64,000 bases of DNA, from positions 104,720,001 through 104,784,000 of the forward strand of contig CM052817.1 in assembly GCA_028534125.1 (NCBI GenBank), written 5' to 3'. Source of the stretch: Lama glama. Lineage: Eukaryota. Positions 49,801 through 63,982 of the stretch are shown here, piece after piece. The translations under genes and the position numbers were made by a program. The notes beneath the pieces were generated by a model. That model was not told where the DNA came from. It was given only the letters and a program-made list of their open reading frames with translations, and did no database searches. Each line of letters opens with the position of its first letter. Positions within the stretch are counted from its first letter, which is position 1.

Positions 49801-52800
49801 CAGTGGAGTTGTTTGCTCTAGGTAGTTACTTAATTTCCTAATGAAATCCTGAAGATCAGTGAAATACACTGTTGTCTTTGCTAAAAGGTATACAGAAATT
49901 AAAATGGGCCAAACAGTTAGTACCAGATTCTGAGTTTGTGCGGGGTCTTGGAGATCTTTAAAATGTAGGCATGCCCAGTTTAACCGAGTTTTATGTCCTG
50001 CCTCTTTTTAAAGTGTCTCGTATCCTAGGCTGCTTCCTATGTCATTCAGACATGCTGAGCCTAAGTTTTACCTCCGTTCAGTCTGTTTGTCAGGCAAGAA
50101 TGTCGCCTCCCTGGGTCCAGCTTTTTCTATCTTTTTCATTGTGGGCAAGTTAGGTCCTAGAGATTTAACTACTAACATACAGCTCTTTAACTGTAGGCAG
50201 ATGGGAGCTACAGTGAAGGACTCTCGAGATTGTTCAGTCCCTTGGCATGACAGGATGTAGTGATAACTTGATTAAAAAAAGATGGGAGAAGGAGGAAAAC
50301 AGAGGCACTGGTCAGCCATAGAGGTGTTGAGAAGGAGCGTGGTACTAATGTCTCTTTTCTCAATGTCACAGTGATGTAATGCATGACGTTAAAGTTAACC
50401 AAGTGGAATCATTCTTCTGAACATAGACCCTTTAATACTGAGAAGGTTTATGTGTAACCTAGACAGTAAACGTAAAGCAGCGTGCACGTTACAGCTTTGG
50501 AACCACGTTACACCACATAGGGGTTATTCAGGGTTTCAACGAATTGGAAAATTAGGTGCTTTCTGAAAAGTTTTCTCAGCAATTTATGCCCTCAACTCCT
50601 CATTCAGATAAATCAGATGTAATTAAAATTTAGAATCCTAAAAACATTTATGGGATTGTGACATTTCGAAGTCTTAACCAGAAATGAATTGTATAAATTA
50701 GTGCCTATTGTTTTTTCTTCTGAAAGCCTGAAATTTTTACATATTTAAAAATTATGATTATAGTGCTTATGGAAATAAAACATGGATAATACTGCAACAG
50801 AGAAATACATATTATTTTTACACATAATATAGTATGACCAAGAAAAAACCTTAATGCTTGTAGGCAGTTCGTGGTAAATTGACCATCATAATTTAGAGAC
50901 TGAGTATGTTATATTGTAAAACTAATGCAATATAATTAGGTTGACACTTTTTGTAGTTGTAGTTAGGTTGAGTACACATTTTCTCTTTCTGATTCTGGCA
51001 GTGCAGACCCGTATCATGAAACAGCCTAATGTGAGGATGTGGAAATACCGGGGTCACTTCAAGTGGTCTGAAGTTAACAGTGGATTATTTCATAGCCTTT
51101 TGGTTTCCCACCATCTTGGAATTGTATTGCACCTTGTTCTTAATAATTGTTGATAGAATGTGTTGTTTTTAGGGCCTAACTTGGTTTTATAAGTTTTGTC
51201 CTAAATGTGAGCCTTATTCAACTTCAGCTTTTTATGACTCTAGTATATTTGGAATTAATACATTGTATCTTACAATACTGATGAAACTTATTTACATTAT
51301 TCTCAAAATGCCTGATATTTAAGAAATGGCTTATATAATTAAAAGAAGATAATTTTTCATTAATACTTGGTGCTTTTTTAAGACAGTGTTCAGATTTTTC
51401 TAAAAATAACAATTTTGGCTTCACTGTGCAAAGTTATTTCAATAAAGTTTATTTCACACACAAATAATCCTGAATACTGTTTTATTCAGCAGAGTGTCCG
51501 TATGTGTCCTGTGTATATACACATATGTGATCGTTATTACATAGAAATGTTCCATTTATTAGTTCCCAGTTGATTTTGGTGAGCTGTGATTGCTTTAGGG
51601 GATAAAGACAAAGGTCCGTAGAGAAGGATCCAGTTGGAGAGTGAGCATACACACTTTGCTGAAAGCAGGGCACCACCAGGGAGGTGATGACGGACCGGCA
51701 AGCAGCTTGAGGGCTGAGCGGAAGGAGGGGAAGGTAACTTGGACGGCGGTGGTCAGCGACCGCATCACAGCTTGACCTCAGAATAAGGGTGGATAGGATC
51801 TGCGTGGAAAGACTGAACTTTTCCCAATTAAAGGACCAAGCCTGCTGCAGGAGAGTTGTTTTCCCAGTGTCAGCTACGCTCTAGGGGCTCAGGGAATGTT
51901 TCTTTCTTCATTCATTCATCATCCATACAATTATTGCCATCAGTTCTAAAATGGGCACTTACTAACCTTTCAATGCTTATGAAAAATTGGGACTAATAAT
52001 TGATGGCATTTATTAGTTTTACAGTTATTTGGCAGTGCTTTCATCTTCGTGGTATATAATAAAGCCTGATTTGGTAAAATATGGGCTCCTTAGTTAACAT
52101 AAAAGATAATGTTTAGGATTATATTCATCATTGAGGGTTTTTTCTTATTGAGATGGTTTATGATTTTATTTTACTTTTATATTTATGCCAGGCAACTTTT
52201 GAAGATACTGTTATGAACTTTGTTTTTGTGACAGTAATTTTAGAGAAAAATGGAATGAGAACATGTATTTTATTATAAACAGACTTCAAAGAAGTTCTGA
52301 CTTTAGTTTTTAGGTGAAAATATTTAATGGGCTAGTGTGAATCTAAATTCAGTGTCATATGTGATAGTGTAATTAGTAATAAGAGCAGTTGATGCTTGCT
52401 GGTGACAGCCAAAGAAATGGCTGAGTTCCACGGAATGTTGTAAAAGCTCTTCCCTTGGAGAAGCTGATGAAATCGACTAAGTGTTCTGTGCAGTCATAGT
52501 CGACACACAGTGTACGGACCTAATCCATTCTTTTTTCCAATATGTTTTACCAGCTATAGGAAAAATAAAGTTCCCAATCATGGCACTCAGTCCTGCAGGG
52601 ATTGGATCCTACTTTCCAACCATATCTGAAAAGTGAAGGCTCACCTAGTAGCATCAGGTAACTGGCTGCCACATGCATGTCCTCTCTTCTTGGGTAATAT
52701 GAGAAAGTGGTCCAGTAGTTCCATTCCACTTTCCTCACTTTTTGAAATCTTCCCCAAACTGGCACCAAAAAGATCTGTTGCCTTTTGGAATGTTTGAGTC

Positions 52801-53732
52801 CTTTCCTGCCTTCTGCTGCCCTTTTCCTGTATTTGTGAGTGAAAACCTAGGTCGAGGTTCTTTAGATAATTTTGCCTCAGAAGATCATCAGTTACTGATT
52901 TTTTTTTCCTTCCCCAGTGACGGGCCTTCATAGAGGTAGGAAAGTCAAGGCCACTGTAGCGTATGAACCTTTTCTCAGAGGGCCGCTTTTGACCCACTAG
53001 CTTCTTCCGTTTTTGGGCTGGAATTCTTAGACACCCATTTTTGACTAAAGTGTCTACAATTTAATTTTTAAGAGGGTGGATTTTTAATGTTATGTGCTAC
53101 TCATCGGGATATTTTGTTTCACTGAGCAGCTGTACTGGCCACACACATGTCTGAGAATCAGAATGTAGTACTGTTCTTAGAACAGACAGTCGTTGGTCTT
53201 CCTCAGCTATTTCAGAAGTGTGGTTGGGACCTTGCATTTGTTTATCGCCATAGCTGTAAGAATCTTTTCTCCAGAATCAGAGTAGCTTGTTCGTGTCTCG
53301 TATGTAATTTCTGTATTAATGTGCTGTCATTTTGGTTACGTGCTGTTACATGTCTTTTTAAAATTGTATCGTTAATCACGTGTGTGAATTACTCAGAACT
53401 TTTTTTGCTTAGTTTCTCACTACTTATAGTTGAGAAAACTAAGACCCAGAAAGAAAGAGACTTGCCTGAGGTAGTGAGTAGGGATGCACGGATTCAGAAC
53501 TAGCACCAGGGAGATTCCAGTCAGCTCTTTATTTAGTTCTTGTGAACCCTGCTTAGCAATGTGGGAATGTGGTCAATTGAACTTCCTGATTAACAGTAAC
53601 ATGGTGCATGCTGTTATAAGGTGGTCTTAAAAATTATCCTTGCATTAATGGCCAAAAGTAGATTGATCCTCTGACTCCTGGGTATATATGTATTTTGTAA
53701 TACAGGGCTCTTTGGCTGTATGAGGATGTGAA

Positions 53733-53912
53733 ACAGTGCTGCGCAGGTGATCTTCTGCAGTGATGGGAATGTCCTTTATTGATGCTGTCTTCATACTGTA
53801 TTGAGTACTTGAAATGTGGCTAGTGGTACTGAAGACTGCATTTAAAATTTAGTTTAATTTTACTTAATTAAATTTAAATAACCAAATGTATTCTTGTCTT
53901 TATTGGATAAAC
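53733..53912. mobile_element. MER3-like hAT MITE
   Basis: ttgagtacttgaaatgtggctagtg..actgaaga.ctg.attt.aaattt.agtttaatttt. Confidence 0.65.
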
Positions 53913-55969
53913 AGAATAGAAGGAGTCTTTCTTACCCTCTCATGCATCTTGCCATGAGGGTTTTAGGGTAAGTCAGGCCTACACTTTAATCTTCCTCAGC
54001 TACTGTAAGTAGTCTTGTCTTTTGTTTTCCTTATACTTGGTTTTGTTTATATGATGAAGACTGGCCCAGATTTCCCTCATCACCTCTACCTTCATTTTTT
54101 TGGTTTATCAGTATGCCTCTTCTGATTCTTTTTATCCTGTGTGCGCTGTCAAGGCGGTAGTGTCCTGTAATATGTGTTCTGCTTCCTTTCTTGTCGTTAC
54201 TGGAGTGTGTCTGTATGTTTCTCCTCGTTTCTGTCACACATGTCCTTTCTCACTTATGGAAAAGCAAAGTGATTGATTTTTGTTCCTCGAAGAGGATTAT
54301 GATTCTGAGCAGATTTGTTCATTGTCTTAGCAGGGACAGCTGCTGTGTTAGCGGGGGGTGGGGGGCAGTGTTAATCTAATCACCACATCGGTGTTTGCTG
54401 CGGCAAACCTGAGACATCTGCACCCATCCCGGGCGGTGAAGCTTACTTGGAGGCCTCCCTTTTTTACTTTCTTTTTGAGAAGATTGAGTTGAGGTCTTAC
54501 TCATTCCTTGAGGATTCTCTTGAATTTGAAGAATTAAATTTTCATTATCTGATTTTTTGCTCTGACTGAGAAAGACTCTGACCTCTTCTGAGATTTTTGC
54601 TTAGTGTGGACTGATGAGAAAAGTCAGTTCATTTCGTAAGTGTATACTGAGCACCTACTATATGCTAGTCATTGTTCTGGATGTTCTGGTCTATACACAA
54701 GCAAGGCAGACCAGGTCCTAGTTACTGTCAGATTTATTACCTAGTTAGGGAAATAGACTTTGGGCAAGTAAAGAATCAGTATGTTGGACAGTAATGTATT
54801 TACAAGAAAGCAGAACCACAGGAATAATTGTTAGGGAGTGACTGGGCCTGGTGGCAGGGTAGTTCTTTAGATGAACGGTTAGGGAGATCAGGTAACTTGG
54901 ATATCTTGATATTGGGGCAAGATCTTATATTGCTTGGTCTGACATGCAGTCCAGGGAACTTTCTCTTTGAACTTTCTAAAATTCTGCCTCTTCAGAGTAC
55001 CCAGAAATCTTCATGGGATGCACATCCATGGGTGAATTGTTGTAGGGGTTCAGGAGATTTTAGCCCCCCTTTTCCTTCTCGTCTCCTAATGTGGTCGTTT
55101 AAAAGGAACAAATGTATCTTTTCTCCCTCGATTCAGTCCCCAAATGTCTACCATTTCCAAAGTGAATATACTGCTCGACTTAACTGGATTTTCGAAGGCA
55201 CAATCCGAAACAGACTCTTAACCTGGAATTATACACGGCTGGTTTCACTTACTGATCTCAACATGGAATTGTACTAGGCTGATTTCACTCATCTCTTAAA
55301 AGTTTTGTGTACACTATTTAGTTCTTTATACCCTTTTTGTGTTCTGCAGAGTATTTGGGATGGAGACTTCATGCACATCACTTTTTTAGATAGGGTCTGT
55401 TACCATCAAGAAGCAATTTTAATGCCCTCATTGACCCTTTTTAGGAATTGCAGAAGGATGTGCATATATTCCCGTGTTACAGAGTACGGGGGTCACTGAA
55501 CTGGAATTAGAGCTCTGTGTGGTGTCTGTGTTCTAAGTTTGAGTCTACATAAGATCAGAGATCTTTCCCATTTGTAGGCAGAACTTTTCATTCTGTTAAT
55601 AATAGGTTGGAAACAGGCTAGTAACAAGAAGTAAGGGAGCCTGCTGGACTGTGTTTTAATCACAGGTGAGTCCCTGCCTCACTACAGATACTCGTTTTAT
55701 GTTTCCTTGTCTTCCTCCTGCTGGAGGTCTCACCAATGTCCTTAGAGCAGGGTATGAGGCCTCCATCAGGCCCTGTAGTTGGACCTGCTCAACTTACAGT
55801 AAATTATGTTACTGTGATCTCAAAAAATGATGAGAGAGAAGGCATTTGGTAAAGTTTAACAGTGATTTCTGGTATTAAAAAAAGACACATAAAAATAGGA
55901 ATATGTAGCTACTGTTCCTAACCTCATTAAGTTTTTTGATTGGATTTAATCAAAATGATTTACTCAGTT

Positions 55970-57080
55970 ATGCTCCCAAAGCAATAATAAAAGCAAAAAT
56001 AAACAAATGAGACCTAATGAGATTTCTAAGCTTTTTGCACAGCAAAAGGTAAACCATCAGCAAAACAAAAAGACAACCTATGAAGTGAGAGAATATATTT
56101 ACAAATGATGTGACTGACAAGGGATTAATTTCCAAAATACACAAATAGCTCGTACAACTCAGTAACAAAAAACAAACAACCCAATCAAGAAATGACCAGA
56201 AGACCGAGACATTTCTCCATAGAAGACACACAGATGGCCAATAAGCACATGAAAAGATCCTCAACATTGCTAATTATTAAAGAACTGCAAATACAATGAG
56301 GTATCACTTCACACCAGTCAGAATGGTCATTAAGAAGTCCACAAATAGTAGATGCTGGAAGGGTGTGGAGAAAAGGGAACCCTCCTGCCCTGTTGGTGGG
56401 AATGTAAATTGGTGCAGCCACTATGGAAACAGTATGGAAGTTTCTTAAAAAGCTAAAATTAGACTTACCATATGATCCTGCAATCCTACTTCTGGGCGTA
56501 TATCTGGAGAAAACTAATTCGAAAAGATACTTGCACCCCAGTGTTCATACCAGCAGTGTTTACAGTAGGCAAGACAGGGAAACAACCTAAATGTTCATTG
56601 ACAGATGAATGGATAAAGAAGATGTGATATATTTGTGCAATGGAATACTACTCAGCCATAGAAAGGAATAAAATAATGCCATTTGCAGCAACATGGATGG
56701 ACCTACAGATTATCATACTAAGTGAAGTAAGTCAGAGAAAGACATATACATGATATCACTTATACGTGGAATCTAAAAAAAAATGATACAAGTGAACTTA
56801 CTTACAGAACAGAAACCGACTCACAGACATAGAAAACAAACTAATGATTGCCAAAGGGGAAGCAGGAGGAGGGATAACTTAGGAGTGTGTGATTAACAGA
56901 TACATATTACTATATATAAAATTGATAAGCAACAAAGACCCACTGTATGGCACAGGGAACTATATTCGGTATCTTGTAATGAGCCATATATATGAAAAAG
57001 TACATATGTATAACTGAATCACTTTGCTGTACACCAGAAACTAACACAACATTGTAAATCAGCTATACTTCCAAAAAAAA
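55970..57080 (+). mobile_element. 5'-truncated L1, sense to NAF1, in intron 2
   Basis: ORF2 end plus full cetartiodactyl-type 3'UTR ending ...aacattgtaaatcagctatacttcc-A-tail. Confidence 0.92.
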
Positions 57081-57099
57081 GAATGCGTGATTATGTGTG

Positions 57100-58860
57100 A
57101 CATTTGAAACATACCTAATGAAGAGTCAGACATGCTTGTTCACTAACATCACAATTGCTTGATGCTTGATATTCTGGTCGTACCAACTAGAGTCATTTGA
57201 AAAGTGAAAAATGTGATGTACTAATAATGAAAAGGGGGAGGATTTATTTTTTTTGAAAATAGGGTTAAATATAGTGAATATACAGGAAAATCACTAGACA
57301 TAAGTTTAAGCATGATGCTTTCTTGTGTTCAAACAATATCCTATAAAGAACCTGTGTATAGTAGCAGTAAAAGATATTAAATAAGTAGGAATTCATAATA
57401 GCAAATAAGATACAAAATGGCTTCAAATAAGCCTAAGGACTGTGTAGGATTCATAAGAGGCCGACTGTAATTAATTACGTGTGATTTAATCAACACTGAG
57501 GACAGTAATGACAGAATGGTTTTAAAGTTTAGTAAGAAAATCGTGTCAGAGTAGCTAGGAAGATTCTAAGAGGAAAATACTGATGGAGTGGTTAGGGGAA
57601 CTAGACCTTAGTCCCCAGAATTAAAACATGAAAGGCAGAGTTGAGCACTGATACTGAAAAAGATCAGTAGAACCAAATGGAAATTTTAGTTAAAAACCCA
57701 GTCAATATGTAAGTACGTTTAATTTATGTTCAAATTTATTTTTCAAATCAGTAGGGTAAAGATAGATTATTATTCTGCAACATTAGGATGTAACTGACTA
57801 GTAATTTGGATAAAGATAAAATCAATCTGTCTTGTTTTTAATTATAAAAATAAAATGACAAGTGGATCAAATATGCAAATTTAAGAAATGAAACCAGAAA
57901 AGCAATGAAAATGTTGAATTTTAAAAGTTATCTTGGCATAGGGAAGGTCTTTCTAAATGTGACACAAGCCTCAAAATTGAAAAAAGGAAAAGATTGGTAT
58001 ATTTGGTGTTGTCAAATGTCAGAGTTCGTTAAACAACCTTAATGCTAAAAAACACGGTGGGAGGTAAGGGAGTGGGTATTTGCTACATATTTGATACAGG
58101 GCAGATGTTCAAATTAATGAAGATAAACCTTTCCCCCCAAAAAAGGTATAAAATATACAAACAATTCATAAAGACATTCAGATAGCCAGGAAACATGTCT
58201 TCCTGATTAAATGATGAAATTGAAATTCAAGCAAGATACCATTTTAGACCCATCAGACTGGCAGAGATCTAGTTTGCTTCTCAGTGAATGCAAGGATGTA
58301 GGAAATCCTCTCATACATCATTCGTGAAAGTGTGAATTGATGTGACCTTTTCGAAAAGAAATTTAGTGTCCTGTCAAAATTAAAAATGTTTATAGCTTTG
58401 GATTTAGCAATTCTGCTTAGAAGCATTTATCATAGGAGTTACACAAAGATATACTTAATAGAATGTTCATTGTATCGTGTAATCATTTTATTAAAGCTGC
58501 AGATAAATGTCAAGTGACTGGTGTACTGAGTTACATACATCTATACAGTGCAACATCATAAGAGTGTTTAAATAAAATTAGATATTTATGTTTTATTGTA
58601 GAAAGATGGGCAAGATATGATAAAAAGGATAACTTACATTATAATGTGGATATTTTATTTAAGCAAAACCTTTCAAAGATAGAAATGTAAAGTTTGCATC
58701 TGCCTAGTAAGTGTATTTGAAGGACTTACCAGCTGTCTATGGAGAGGAATTGGAAGGTTGAGAGGAATAAGCTAGGGGGATTTCTGCTTTTTGCTCCATA
58801 CCCTTCTGTACTAGAGTGTTTCCTTTAAAAAAACAACCAAAAAAAACCCCAGGAACATGA
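57100..58860 (+). mobile_element. Highly decayed old L1 (L1ME-like)
   Basis: Degenerate ORF2-end motifs (agataccatttt..cccatcagactggca, tttagcaattctgcttaga, aatgttcattgta). Confidence 0.55.
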
Positions 58861-59734
58861 ATAATTTTCATAAAGTTAAAGGAGATCAAAACAGTGTCAG
58901 AGTTTAGATTTGTACCAAAACATAATTACATTGCATGGGCCTTTATTGCTCCTAATAGAAAACACAAAACAAGGAGCCTTCCACTTTGTGGTCTAACAGC
59001 GTTTGTTTGTTTGGGAATAACACTGATTTTGTGTCCTGAGTGTTAACGACCTGTGTCTGCCCTCCTGCCCAGTTCAGAGGGTTTCCTGAAAGGTCTAACA
59101 ACAGTTCCGCTTTTCTTCCTTTCTTCTACCTACATACCCCCGACTTGATGTAACCAGTGGGCTTTATCACGGTCCGAAAGTAAGGAAAGTCCGCTCTGGT
59201 CCTTGCTGTGGTTTGGTGAGGCGGTGGGGTAGGTTTCATCACTGAACTGCTGCATTGGAAGATGCCGTTGGCTGCTTCTAAGAGGTGCCGCTCCCAGAGC
59301 CAGAGTGATACCAGAGTTGCCCTCTAATATGTCACGAAAGCCTCCTCCTGTCTGCAGCCCCTGGCGTTACCGTTCTCCAGGCTTATATTTAACAGGGCGA
59401 GGGCCTTCCCCGGGGAAGACCTTCTTAAACAAAGCTGTTCCATGTCATGTGTACCAGTTTATTCTGTTCTTTCAAACCATGGTCTTGCCAAGAAAAGGCT
59501 TTCCATATTTAATATGATAAAATGACAAGTGGTGGTCTTGTCCCTAAAAGTACCCAGAAAAAGTCTGACATATAAAATATAATCATTTCCTTCAACACAG
59601 GCCAGACTAACCTCCCGGAGGTGAGTCTTCTGCATTGCGTTGGTTGAGACCCTTAGTGTGGCTCTTCATTACTAGCCCTTGATCTGAAAGTAGCTTCCCC
59701 AGAAGAAAGCTATGCTTTAACTCTCGTTAAGTGA

Positions 59735-59883
59735 TAATGAAAAAAATACATGAAAAATATATATGCATGTGTGTGTATATATATATTTTTTTATATATAA
59801 AAAACTGAATCATTTTGCTGTACACCAGAAACTAATGCAACATTGTACATCAACTATGCTTCAATTAAATATATAAATAAAAA
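59735..59883 (+). mobile_element. Short L1 3' tail
   Basis: aactgaatcattttgctgtacaccagaaactaa.gcaacattgta.atcaactat.cttcaatt plus A-rich tail. Confidence 0.8.
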
Positions 59884-60883
59884 CCCCTTGGTTTGAGTTC
59901 CTATAGAGGAAAATGCTTATCTTCAATGCACTGTTTAATTTAGGTTTTCCTGACTTCCAACATTTCTCCAAAAGTTGTCTTTCTTCTACCAAACTAACCT
60001 TAACGTGTCATTAACAGGATCTTTGCACTTTCAAGCCCTTCTTAAAGGAAGAACTTCCTTCCAAGAATCCATTGTGATCATTTGGCCAAGATGAAGATTA
60101 GAAAGCTCTGTTTATTTAATTTAAAGCCTAGGGTCTGTTTTATTCTTAGATTTCTCTCCGACTTCATCTCTACTGAAATATTTAGTTTCTATAGCAACTG
60201 AGATACAGTTAGCAGCTGGGTCAGAAAAGAGAAGTCTTTAGCTGTAAAGAAATTTGGTTTTTAACCTGGAGAGGCGGGATAATCAGGCAACACCTTCACA
60301 GCTTTTCCTGACTGGAACTTGCCTTCTGTTTCCCGGAATTCTGCATTTTTTTCTTGATGAGGCCAGAAATTCATGTCTTTTTTCACACAGCCCCAGAAAA
60401 GTTAGCTGCTTCCCTATTCAGCTGGTTAATCACTGTCAAATCAATTAACCACATTAAAACAGCTACGAGGGCTCTCCGTCTGTGGAGACGTTGGAGTGGC
60501 CAGTAGAATTATTTCTCTTCAGATGGAATGTCTCTGGGAGTTATTCTGTGAATTGTCTCTTTTCTTGACTTTGGATTCCTTAACAGTACCTTTTTTGGGA
60601 GGGGAGGTGTCTTGTATTTAAGTATAATTGGAAAAATCTCAAATGGTATTCAGGTCTGTGTTCTTACAGATTATGGTGTAGACACTGGATCTTTTCAGTC
60701 ACTTAGGTGGGGAGATGTTTCTGAAGGTGGGAGAAATGCTCACACACTAAAAAGGAAACATCACAGAGATGATATAAATACTTAATGTATCTTCAGAAAT
60801 GAGTATAGCACTCTAAATGCAGACTCCTTTTTTTAAAAATGTTGTTGAAGCTGGAGGAAGATTAATGCTTTTTTATATTATAG

Positions 60884-60977
60884 GAGCTACCTTCTGTTGA
60901 AGAACTCACTATTCTTCTGCCCGAAGATATTGAAATAAAGCCTCTTGGGATGGTGTCAAGTATTATCGAACAATTAG
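60884..60977 (+). CDS. NAF1: NAF1 coding exon 3 (ELPSVEELTILLPEDIEIKPLGMVSSIIEQL, start of Gar1/Naf1 domain)
   Basis: tag|GAG acceptor and G|gtgtgt donor, 94 nt, in frame. Peptide recognised as NAF1. Missed by the ORF track because it is short. Confidence 0.95.
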
Positions 60978-61209
60978 GTGTGTAAATATTTTTCTTAATA
61001 AAAATTGTCGTTTATATCCAAGCATGTGCTAATAAATCAAAGGCTTTATGACTAGAATTTTCTCTGAAATATGTAATAATACTTCATTTTATAGTCATTA
61101 AGTTTGAACAGATAAATTCAATTTTTATTTATACAAGTAATACATAAATGCATTGTCTTTTATAAAAATTTAAAGTGTGCTCTTGCTGACAGAATTTCTT
61201 TGATTTGGT

Positions 61210-61710
61210 ATGTTTGTTTTCTATTGCTATTAAATGACTACAAATTTAGTGGCTTAAAAAAGCACAGATTTATTCCCTTACAGTTCTGTAGGCAGAAACG
61301 TGATGTGGGTCCCACTGGCTGACACAAGGGAGCCATTGGGGCTGGGTCCTTTCTGGAGGTACCAGAGGAGCATCCGTCTCCTGACCTTTTCCAGTTTCTG
61401 GAGGCTGCCACATGCTCGCGGCCCCTTCCTTCACTCTTGGGGCCCATGATGTAGCTTCTCTCACACCTTCTTCCATTGGCACGTCTCTCTGACCACAGCC
61501 TGGAAGGATTCTCTGCCTTTAAGGACTCCTTGGATTGGATTTACCTTCATAATCTGGGGTAATCTCCCCCTGTCAAGGTCCTTAGCCTTAGTCACATCTG
61601 CAAAGTCTCTTTCATGGAAGGTGACAGTCGCAGGCTCAGGGATTCGGGTGTGGTATCTTGTTTTTGTAGCAAAAGGGTCCTGGGGAAGGGGGTGTTAATC
61701 TGCCGGCTGT
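61210..61710 (-). mobile_element. MLT1-type MaLR LTR in NAF1 intron 3
   Basis: tttctattgct...acaaatttagtggcttaaaa; ttttccagtttctggaggctgcc; cacatctgcaaagtc. Confidence 0.8.
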
Positions 61711-63051
61711 CTTTGATTTTATCTTATAAATATGTAAATTAGAAAGTTCTGTGGTTTAACACCGATATTAATGGTGTGAAATATGAACCCATTGGACTGC
61801 CTGAGAACTAGAAATTACAGATTTCTTTTAGTCCCAAGATGTGAGGTAGGTATATGAGAGGCCTTGAAATTAATGTCACTACCATTTTTAACTCTCCAGT
61901 AAGATACACCAAAAAATAGGACTCATAGTTGACAAAGTCATAGGATTTTGAGCTGGCAAAAAGACCTAAATTGTCCACCAGTTTCCTTAGTTTATGACTT
62001 AAAGAATATAGAAAAATTCAGGCCATTTGCTCTTGTGATCAGTTGTATAACAAGTCAGTGGTAGAAATGGAATTTTGTCTTTTTGCCTTTTTCTCAGTAA
62101 CCATATCAGTATTTTAAAAAAAGAATTCTTACATAATTTTGCAGTTAATGAAAATTTCAGTTAAAGTGAAACAATTTTATAAAAATTATCTTAACATAGC
62201 GATTAAAAATCTTTCTATGATTCTCAAGTCATTACATTTACTAGTTTTTGAATTACCTTACAGTATTAAATAATATACATAAGTAAGTCAGGCAGTTCTG
62301 TGATTTCATAGCGAGAGTCAAGCATTTATTGGACTTGATGTGTGTAGAAAAAATTTAGGTCATAATGTTTATTTTCAAGGGAGAAAACTGAACTGTATGA
62401 TACACATGGAGTAACGCTTTTCAAAGAAGCTGTTTTGACTAACACATCCTAACAGAATAACGGAATTCTCAGCCTGGTGGGAACAAAGCTTAATGCATCA
62501 ACATGAGCACATGCTCCTGCTGTGCGTGCTTGTTGCACACTGTTTTGAAAGCTTAAAAGTGTATAACATTATTTGGACCAAATTACAAAAAAGGAAAATA
62601 CAGTAGTACACTAGGTGGTGATGGTAGCTGTCTGGATTTGGCCATGTGGTCATGTTACTCTCTTGAATCCTAGTTTCTTATCTTTCTATAAACTGAGGGT
62701 TTGGATTAGGTGATTTTTAATTCTTGTGTAACTTGACTCTGAGAAGCAGGTTAGGGAGGAGAGAAGATGGAGAATGAATTCTGTTAGTGCTCACTGTCAC
62801 TGTCAGCCCCTGGCATCATCTTTCTTCCAGAAGCAGATCTAACACAGAAATGGGTGACCTATGATCTGTTACTTACATGTATGTTCAGAACTGAGAAGTG
62901 CTAACTCTTGAAATTACTTGGGATATGGTTGAAAATCTTTGAATGAATTTTAATAATCTGAACTAATATGTTTTATTTTCCAAGTGGCCATAGCATTATC
63001 TGTGTAATGTGACAGTATATTCTTGTTTGTGGCTTTAATTTCCAAAGAACC

Positions 63052-63057
63052 TGTGTG

Positions 63058-63092
<35 letters not shown>

Positions 63093-63096
63093 GTGT
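63052..63096. repeat. (TG)n microsatellite
   Basis: Seen directly, with one interruption. Confidence 0.95.
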
Positions 63097-63461
63097 CTTT
63101 GCTGTAATAGACTGGTTGTTTGACATTTGTGGCACTTACAGGAATTGGAGGTTATGCTAGACCAGTGGGAGAATGCTTTTGCCTTTTGAGAAAAAAATTG
63201 TAAAAATTACTGGAATCTCTCTCATTCTTACTTCGTCTGTTCAGAAGAAAGTGCTTTTGTGAAGTCTCTAACTTTTTCATGTATCAGTAAGTAATTAGTG
63301 CTTTGTAGGAGAGAATTTCTAGAGTGAGAAAGAAGACTAATTTCTTCTAAAGCAGGAGTTAAGTGACTAAATGTGATTATTCATTTTTGGCTAAACATTG
63401 CTTGAGAAAATGTACACAGCTTGACCTCTCTGATTCCTTAATTGGTTCTTTTTTCTTTGAC

Positions 63462-63712
63462 TTTTTTTTATTGAGTTATAGTCATTTTACAATGTTGTGT
63501 CAAATTCCAGTGTAGAGCACAATTTTTCAGTTATACATGAACATACATATATTCATTGTCACATTCTTTTTCACTGTGAGCTATCACAAGATCTTGTATA
63601 TATTTCCCTGTGCTATACAGTATAATCTTGTTTATCTATTCTGCATACATCTGTCAGTATCTACAAATTTTGAAATCCCAGTCTGTCCCTTTGCACCCCC
63701 CCATCCCCTTGG
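63462..63712 (-). mobile_element. L1 3' end (camelid-like)
   Basis: ttttattgagttatagtcattttacaatgttgtgtcaaattccagtgtagagcacaa...tttccctgtgctatacag. Confidence 0.75.
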
Positions 63713-63982
63713 TGGTTATTTCAGTTTTCTGTGACACTTTATACTTTAATGTTTTTTCCTAGAATTATAACTCTTGTGTTAAATAAAAATATGTAGAATT
63801 TATTTCCCTGTGCTACTTGGTCATAAATGGACTTTGTTTATCCACAAGTAAGTTACTGAGATATATTTCCCTCCTTAAATTTCATTTTAAATTATATTGG
63901 GATTAAAGCCTATATTCTCACTTAAATTCTATATTATCTTCTGATTAAATCTTTAAATAATTTGTTTTGTTTCATTTTTCAG

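Noticed and set aside
54828..55277. 149-aa ORF in NAF1 intron 2
   Set aside because: Starts at TTG within L2-like sequence, has no similarity to NAF1, and exons 2 and 3 already join in frame.
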